A DNA stretch of 61,811 bases, counting the filler, from Stramenopiles sp. TOSAG23-3 (Eukaryota): NCBI GenBank assembly GCA_900128585.1. It is 2 parts of 2 records of this genome, joined end to end, with 100 filler letters (N's around TTAATTAATTAA, not from the genome) between each part and the next. Parts side by side here need not be neighbours in the genome. Positions count along the whole stretch, not along the records: positions 31,013 to 61,811 come from LT642226.1; 1 more part is not named here. One strand, given 5' to 3'. Below are positions 55,826 to 61,811 of the stretch, in pieces. Both the position numbers and the translations under genes were made by a program. The notes beneath the pieces are model-generated. The model was not told where the DNA came from and searched no databases. It was given only the letters and a program-made list of their open reading frames with translations. The stretch's first letter is position 1. Each line of letters opens with the position of its first letter.

Positions 55826-56599
55826 ATGACCAGTCTGAGCAGCCCAAGTGCAGACGCGGATACACCGTCGCAATCAAGCAAGCATGTGTCTTTGTTGTCC
55901 GGTTCGGATTTGATATTGGAAGATAGGGGATTAGATGAATTGCCGCGAGGGGTATCACTCGCATACGGTCCTGCAACGAAGCTTTTAAATTTGAAAGAAA
56001 ACTGTCTTGTGTCGGTGGACGAGATCAAACATTTCCAAAAGTTAGAAACCTTAATTCTAGACAAAAACAACCTGAAGGGCTTGTCAAATTTTCCCTTGCT
56101 GGCGACAGTAAAAACGCTATGGTTCAATAATAACAATGTGCGCGACCTCAACCAGTTCTGCAAAGATTTGGTAAGGTGCTTTCCAAATTTGGAATATCTC
56201 TCTATGTTGAACAACCCGTGCTGCCCTGCATTTTGGGACGAGAGTATATCTGGCGCAGACGCATATAGACGGTACCGGCTTATGGTAATTTTTTGGCTCC
56301 CCTGCCTACGCTTTTTGGATGCAACCCCCGTCGCTATGGAAGAGCGCAAAGCTGCGGAGAAACGGGGGCAATTTTTGGGGAAAACAGCGAAACCATCGAC
56401 CAAGCGGCCGTCCGCTGAGCAGCTAAGAGCGTTACAAGAACGGGCAGAAGCAGAGAAAGCCTATGAGCTCGAAAAGGCCTCGCGCAAAGTTACTAGACGA
56501 AAAAGTTCGACCACAATGCTCGGTTTGGGACACGCGGACCAGCGCTATGATGGATCTCATAGTGAAGGGAATCGCTTCATAACAAATGGTGATTTGTAG
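55826..56599 (+). CDS. LRMDA: Leucine-rich melanocyte differentiation-associated (C10orf11)-like LRR protein
   Basis: LETLILDKNNL, TLWFNNN, LSMLNNPCCP, YRRYR..LPCLRFLD; C-terminal YDGSHSEGNRFITN. Confidence 0.85.
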   Translation: MTSLSSPSADADTPSQSSKHVSLLSGSDLILEDRGLDELPRGVSLAYGPATKLLNLKENCLVSVDEIKHFQKLETLILDKNNLKGLSNFPLLATVKTLWFNNNNVRDLNQFCKDLVRCFPNLEYLSMLNNPCCPAFWDESISGADAYRRYRLMVIFWLPCLRFLDATPVAMEERKAAEKRGQFLGKTAKPSTKRPSAEQLRALQERAEAEKAYELEKASRKVTRRKSSTTMLGLGHADQRYDGSHSEGNRFITNGDL

Positions 56600-56719
56600 A
56601 TTCTGAATGTTAATCCCGTCGCAATGTACATGAATTACAAACTCTTAAAACGTTTTTCAGTTTTTTTTACTTTTAAAAATACGTTCTTAAAGAATTAATT
56701 GAGTTGTAGCACCGCACCT

Positions 56720-57210
56720 TTACCACTACAACATAGCCCTCAACGATGGTTCCGAATACCGACCCGGACGACACTTCCCCGCAATCCCAACCCACTACTG
56801 ATAATTCCTTGGACGATTACAAGATAGATTAAACAATGTCGTTAAAGCAAAATTAAACCTGATATATAAAAAACAAATTATATATTACCAAGTATTAGGT
56901 TTCTCCGCTCCTCTTTTATACTGTCATGTGTTAATTCATCTACTGATTCAGATCATAAATGGATTACATCTGAGAATGATAGTCAAGACTAAGTGACAAG
57001 GGTATATCGATAAGTAAGACCGGACTTTAAATTTAATTACTTAAATAACAGCCAATTTTCTTGTTTTTTTTAATTGTACTTACATAATAAAAAATAACAG
57101 CCAATTTTTCTTGAAAAAATTGGACTTAAAAATAACAGAGCCAATTTTTTGTTTTTAATTAAGCGTACGCCTTATACTTAAGGACTTAAAATATCAGCCA
57201 GTTTTTTGTT
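56720..57210 (+). mobile_element. Family A fragments ending in four successive, increasingly degenerate TIR-like motifs
   Basis: 56932-57020 matches 51186-51240 and 35030-35112; motif copies at about 57028, 57090, 57124 and 57183. Confidence 0.72.
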
Positions 57211-59149
57211 TATATTACCTCTCGCCCTACCTCTCCTCTAATTTTAGTCGGTGTTACTGCTTCAATATCTTGCGCACCAAACAATGGGTTGAGTGTAGCG
57301 GACTGCGATGATAAAACCACCGAGCTTCGAACCGCGCTTGCCCTAGATTTACGCCGACTTGCTCTTCTCGTTTTTTGCCGTTGTGTTATTTTCCTTCTTT
57401 TCTTGCGATCCTGGCTAAACCGGAGTGCCAAAAAGTGCTCTTTGTGGACTCTATCCAGATTGGCCATAACTATATACGCACAAATATACAAGGGTATTTC
57501 TTGAAACAGCTTTTGTTGTACCTTGAATATGATACTGCAAATTATGTGGCTCAACAAAGTCGTTGTTACCCCAATAAAGGCGGGAACGCGGCGAGTGGTT
57601 AAGATGAGACACAAAATTTGAAGGACCCACACCGTATACGTTCTTAACGATGTCCCCCCTACGCAAATCGTTTGGGCAGCTTCAAATACCCTGAAATCAC
57701 ATTCGTGACCACTGGCATTATTCATTTTGCAGACATTAGTGAAAAAATCCGGTGTTGATGCTGCAATATCCAATGGATCTTTATTATCAATCTTTCCCAG
57801 CAATTCCGTCCATTCGGGCCCGGTTAAGTTTTTTGTTTCATCATTTAACGGGACCATTAATGCAAAATGGGTGTCTGCTATGTCGAACGCATTTTCAATT
57901 ACTACCACCCATAATATGGAGATAATTACCGGAACAAAGAACAGTAATATCAAGCTGATAATTTTGTTTTTTGTCGTATCTTTTTTATACGACTTTGGCC
58001 ATTTTGCCACGATCATTACGCTTGCAAGCCCTGCAAGAAATGACAATGGCACATGAGTTTTTAAGAGCAGAAAAATATTGTTTAACAACTTTGTGTGAAG
58101 TGGTTACCTGGAGATTGATACTTTCGCAAAATATTGAAACTCTTAAATGGAAGGGGCAAACGCACAAAACAGTACACGAATATAATAACAACACAAGAAA
58201 ACATCGAGGTAACAATCTTTCTTCGTATATATTTTGTTCGTTTAAGTCGATGAAAACCGCGATATTCTATTTGAAGTTTTGGATCTATGAATTCTGCTGT
58301 CCACTTGTGTAACAAAGAATCAAACATATCTTCCTTTAATTCTGGTGTGTCCCACACTTCTCCAGCAATCAAAAAACTTCTTCGACTAGCGATTTCAGTC
58401 CTGTACGCGTGTAATACTGCATACAACAATGAAATCCCCGTTGAAAAACACAAACTCAAAAAATTCGTCAAATTGGCTAAACCTCCAATCGATGTAATGA
58501 CGAGAATAAGTTCTATGACCGAAGATGTGAGCCCAAACTTTAGGGACGTAATAAATTTTGTTTGAAGCCCCAAAGCACTGAACCACACAATTGCTTTTAC
58601 CATAGGGGATATAAAATATGCACGACAGTCAGGTATGTCCTTTTTTGTTACGGATTCAGCCGTGCGAAACATGAAATTATCGATTGATAGTGAAATTGAG
58701 ACAAAGAATAGTGCCCCACAAACGACTGTATCATAATGTTTTTTCAGCAAGTCCGGTTTTGTAATGGCCAATACAACTAACATTACAGACGGTACGAGAC
58801 CTATTGGTACGACCCAAGCTTTGAAGAATTCTTTGCGAGCGAAAAACCAAAGTTTAATTACAAATACTATTATGCACACGGTGCCAAACAAAATGACGGA
58901 CCACTCTTTGTGAATTCGCCATTGGCTCATAAACTTTTCCTCTAATTCTTTGTTTTGAAATTCTAACGTCTTGATGTTTAGTTCTTCAACTTCTATGTCA
59001 TGCCGGATCAGCTCGGCTTTTAGTTGTCGCAATGAACGGGACACAGGATTAACTTCTTGGCAACAGCTCTTATGCTCTGCACCATGGCGGTATTGTTTCT
59101 TCGTCGTAAGATTTTCCTCTTTCTGGATTTCGCAACAACAGCAGCACAT
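57210..59149 (-). CDS. Multi-pass membrane protein with two roughly 6-TM blocks like adenylyl-cyclase membrane anchors but no catalytic domain; probable exons 59149-58108 and 58030-57210
   Basis: CAG|GTAACC...TTGCAG|GG 77-nt phase-1 intron joins the two ORFs in frame (620 aa). Blocks start LEFQNKELEEKF / AEFIDPKLQIEY and end EIASRRSFL / DRVHKEHFL. Confidence 0.6.
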
Positions 59150-59271
59150 GTTGCCAGGCCTTACTAAAATAGATCGTATTGTGATTCAAAACAAGGGATA
59201 AAAGGGTCTTTAAAATACCATCAAATACAATTCTGGCGGTGAAGAGAATGTGGTACGTTCCGCCATATGAA

Positions 59272-59342
59272 TGTCCGCCATCAGAGTGGAAAGTGTAAAA
59301 ATGTAGTGTGTCCGCCATCCGAGTGGAAAATATAAAAATGTA
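59272..59342. repeat. 34-bp direct repeat upstream of the multi-TM gene
   Basis: TGTCCGCCATC(A/C)GAGTGGAAA(G/A)T(G/A)TAAAAATGTA at 59272 and 59309. Confidence 0.85.
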
Positions 59343-59709
59343 TATTAACGATGTGATTGATTGTTGTAATAATTATATATATGTGACACGTAATACTATA
59401 TATAATATATGAGGAGAGATAGTAATATAATTTAATACCTGTACCAATATAATAATGATGATGTACAGTATAAGACGACTATAACTTTATTAATTTTTTT
59501 AAATGATAAGTGGTGTAGTAGTGTCTAATATTACAAGTGAGATGTTGTGTGGTGGTGGTTGCGAGGTGCCTTACATGCAGACAGTGAAGCTTTTTTTGGT
59601 GGCCTTCGATATATTATAAATAAAATTAATTCAATTTGTTCAAATATACTTACTGGGGTATGTACGAGTAGCTTTAAATTGATCTTTTAATATTGATTAT
59701 CCAATTTCG

Positions 59710-61620
59710 CTAACAGCAACTTCCCGCGGAATTTCGCCTATCCGGGGTCAACAAGCGACGCCGACGTCTACTGCTGGCTCGGGAAGAGGTAGATTTGCTG
59801 TTTTGGGAAACAGATTGGCAGGACGGGGGAGCGACGGTTACAGTAGAGCCTTGGACTCGCGCTGCAGCAAAAGTCACCCATTTGCAATTAAAATTATGTT
59901 TGGCGTCGTCGGCGTGTGCTGCCCTATATGCTATATGGATTTCACTAACAGCGGAGAGAGGCCCGTCGCACATATACTTACGGCAACCGCGTTCGCCCAT
60001 TTTTGCACAATTAATTTCCACGACCAAATTCCTGTCATGCACAGAAACATCAATGGCGTGGTGGGCACTGTGACCACACGCATCGCTCACAGCTTCTAGA
60101 TCATACACGCGTTCGTTGTCCTTTTTATTGTAATCGTCCACCAGAGTGTTCACAAATTCTCTGGGGAGTAATGCATCAAGACTGACGGCGGCACCGTTTA
60201 TGCCTTTTTCTACATCAAAAAATTTTGGTACGCCGCATAAGTACCTTCTCGCCATCTTGTTTTCTTCCGAACTGGAGTTCCACCAATGGCTATTCTCTTT
60301 TTCCATGAGCTGATCTTCAAAATCGTTGCCTAGGAAGCATTTTCCGTGGAAGGCTTCAGCTTTTGCGTCGTTATTTCCACTTCGTGGACAAAACAACTCA
60401 GCATTAAACTTTCTTTCATTCTCACAGTGGATAATTCGATTATCCTGCTCCGTCCGAGTGTCTTCAACATCACTGCTGCCGTCTGTGGTTTTAATCGCAA
60501 CGCACTCTTTCATAAGTTCATAAATTTTGTTTTCAATTGTTATGTTCTTTCCTCGAATTAATTCATACATCTCCTCCAATTTTGAGCAATTGCGAAATTT
60601 CTTTGGTTTTATTTTACCGTCTGATTTGCCCTGAAGCAAGGTTTGAACTTCTTTGTTGCTGTCGCCATTTACATCAAGCGCAATATCAATGTATTTGCGG
60701 ACCTCCTTTTCGCTCAAGGATCCCATCAATGATCGTTGCTGTGCCTTACTCAGCGCCCGACTGTTTAGCTCGTTCGTAATTTCAATAAATACATCTTGTG
60801 TAGTTTTTTGGTCTGTCAATTTTTCTTTCGCGAATGGTGCAGTAATTTCACAAGGTGCCCCATTCTTGACACATTTGTCTACTTGGTCGAACAAAGACTC
60901 GAGTCCTGACTCCAAATTCTCCACGTTAACGCTCACTTTGCATTTTCCATTTATGACCGTCACATTTTTGCAGGTATCAGCAATATGATCTAAAATGTCA
61001 TTTATCTCTTGCATTGTCTCGTGGGTCACCTGCTTCGCCATAGCAAAATTCTTTAACTTACCGTCCACTATTGCGGACGCCGCTGATAAAGCTTCCTTTG
61101 ATGCTTCAGCACCCTGAACAATCTTCTTCACGGCAGCGTCACTACGCTCCATGTGTTTCACGGACGCTAAGTGCGTCATTGCTGGCTCTTTCACAGCTGG
61201 TTCTTGTAGCATCTCTTTTTCTGGTGTGGCGTTTTCAGCTTCGGCGTTTCCAGCTTCGGCGGGTTCCGCTGTGGCTTCGGGCTCTGCAGACGCAGTGCTA
61301 AACAGATCCCTCAGCGCTGGGGCGTCTTCAATATCTAAAAGCACAGACTCTCTCCCGCACTTACCTGCCAACTTGCAATTAATTTTGTCCTTCACGTCGT
61401 TGGTGAATCCTTCGACTAATTTCGTGACAAAATCATCACATTGATTTTCCAAAGACTTCTCCGTGCCCACCTCCAACATTTTCAAGATAAATTTGTTTAC
61501 TTCGGCCTCTTTTTCATCGACCAACTGATCCATACTTAGAGGCTCGCCCGCCATGGTGAAAGTGCTGCCGCACACCAAGGCAATGGCAATAAGGATTGAA
61601 ACTTGAAAGATACTCTTCAT
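59710..61620 (-). CDS. Secreted Cys-containing protein of unknown function ending RRRRRLLTPDRRNSAGSCC
   Basis: AAA-ATG at 61620, signal peptide MKSIFQVSILIAIALVCGSTFTMA, long ORF. Confidence 0.8.
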   Translation of the reverse strand: MKSIFQVSILIAIALVCGSTFTMAGEPLSMDQLVDEKEAEVNKFILKMLEVGTEKSLENQCDDFVTKLVEGFTNDVKDKINCKLAGKCGRESVLLDIEDAPALRDLFSTASAEPEATAEPAEAGNAEAENATPEKEMLQEPAVKEPAMTHLASVKHMERSDAAVKKIVQGAEASKEALSAASAIVDGKLKNFAMAKQVTHETMQEINDILDHIADTCKNVTVINGKCKVSVNVENLESGLESLFDQVDKCVKNGAPCEITAPFAKEKLTDQKTTQDVFIEITNELNSRALSKAQQRSLMGSLSEKEVRKYIDIALDVNGDSNKEVQTLLQGKSDGKIKPKKFRNCSKLEEMYELIRGKNITIENKIYELMKECVAIKTTDGSSDVEDTRTEQDNRIIHCENERKFNAELFCPRSGNNDAKAEAFHGKCFLGNDFEDQLMEKENSHWWNSSSEENKMARRYLCGVPKFFDVEKGINGAAVSLDALLPREFVNTLVDDYNKKDNERVYDLEAVSDACGHSAHHAIDVSVHDRNLVVEINCAKMGERGCRKYMCDGPLSAVSEIHIAYRAAHADDAKHNFNCKWVTFAAARVQGSTVTVAPPSCQSVSQNSKSTSSRASSRRRRRLLTPDRRNSAGSCC

Positions 61621-61811
61621 TTTATACACCCAAACCGTTGTCTCTTTCGCGTGAACGCTTTCTAATCGAATCATTCTCTTTCCTCGCAACTTCACTTCTC
61701 ACATTTTCATGCATTCATGTATTACTCGTTCCTGTTCACACACATAACATTCATACATACAAAAATGTGAATCCTTCCTTGTTTGGGATAGCATTATTAA
61801 ATATGTACAAT

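Noticed and set aside
57028..57210. CRISPR-like array from repeated TIR motifs
   Set aside because: Repeats are degenerate and irregularly spaced, there are no cas genes, and the locus is eukaryotic.
1..59149. Ca2+/cilium gene cluster (EF-hand, Cav, IQ, PKD2, cyclase, MIP-like)
   Set aside because: Interspersed with unrelated housekeeping genes and split by an artificial linker; such genes are abundant in flagellates.

Overview
Gene-dense, intron-poor eukaryotic nuclear DNA. The gene content suggests a flagellated heterotrophic protist, possibly a stramenopile (inference only). About 24 protein-coding genes are separated by very AT-rich spacers. Recognisable products: EF-hand coiled-coil protein, C2H2 zinc-finger protein, fused KdgK-like kinase/KDPG aldolase, SPFH protein, ATG18, four-domain EEEE voltage-gated channel, WW/IQ protein, NOP58, TauD-family dioxygenase with PTS1, SLC17-type MFS transporter, SGNH hydrolase, AKR7-like reductase, secreted 2H phosphoesterase (one intron), GT32, DDAH, Kelch + about 29 EGF surface protein, soluble-type adenylyl cyclase with STAND ATPase and PH domain, signal-peptide ankyrin protein, LRMDA, a cyclase-less multi-TM anchor, and a secreted protein ending RRRRRLL-peptide-CC. 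Non-coding DNA shows two patterns. Gene 3' ends carry fragments of an apparently uncharacterised element with a terminal-inverted-repeat-like motif (TTAATTACTTAAATAACAGCCAATTTTCTTGTTTTT); one fragment truncates a polycystin-like gene. 5' flanks carry AGACGACT and GGTACC-rich motifs. A separate MITE-like hairpin and an OTU protease relic are present. A 100-nt N/TTAATTAATTAA linker at 30913-31012 looks artificial, so the two halves may not be adjacent in the genome. No rRNA, tRNA or CRISPR seen. All family calls come from visual motif recognition, not database searches.
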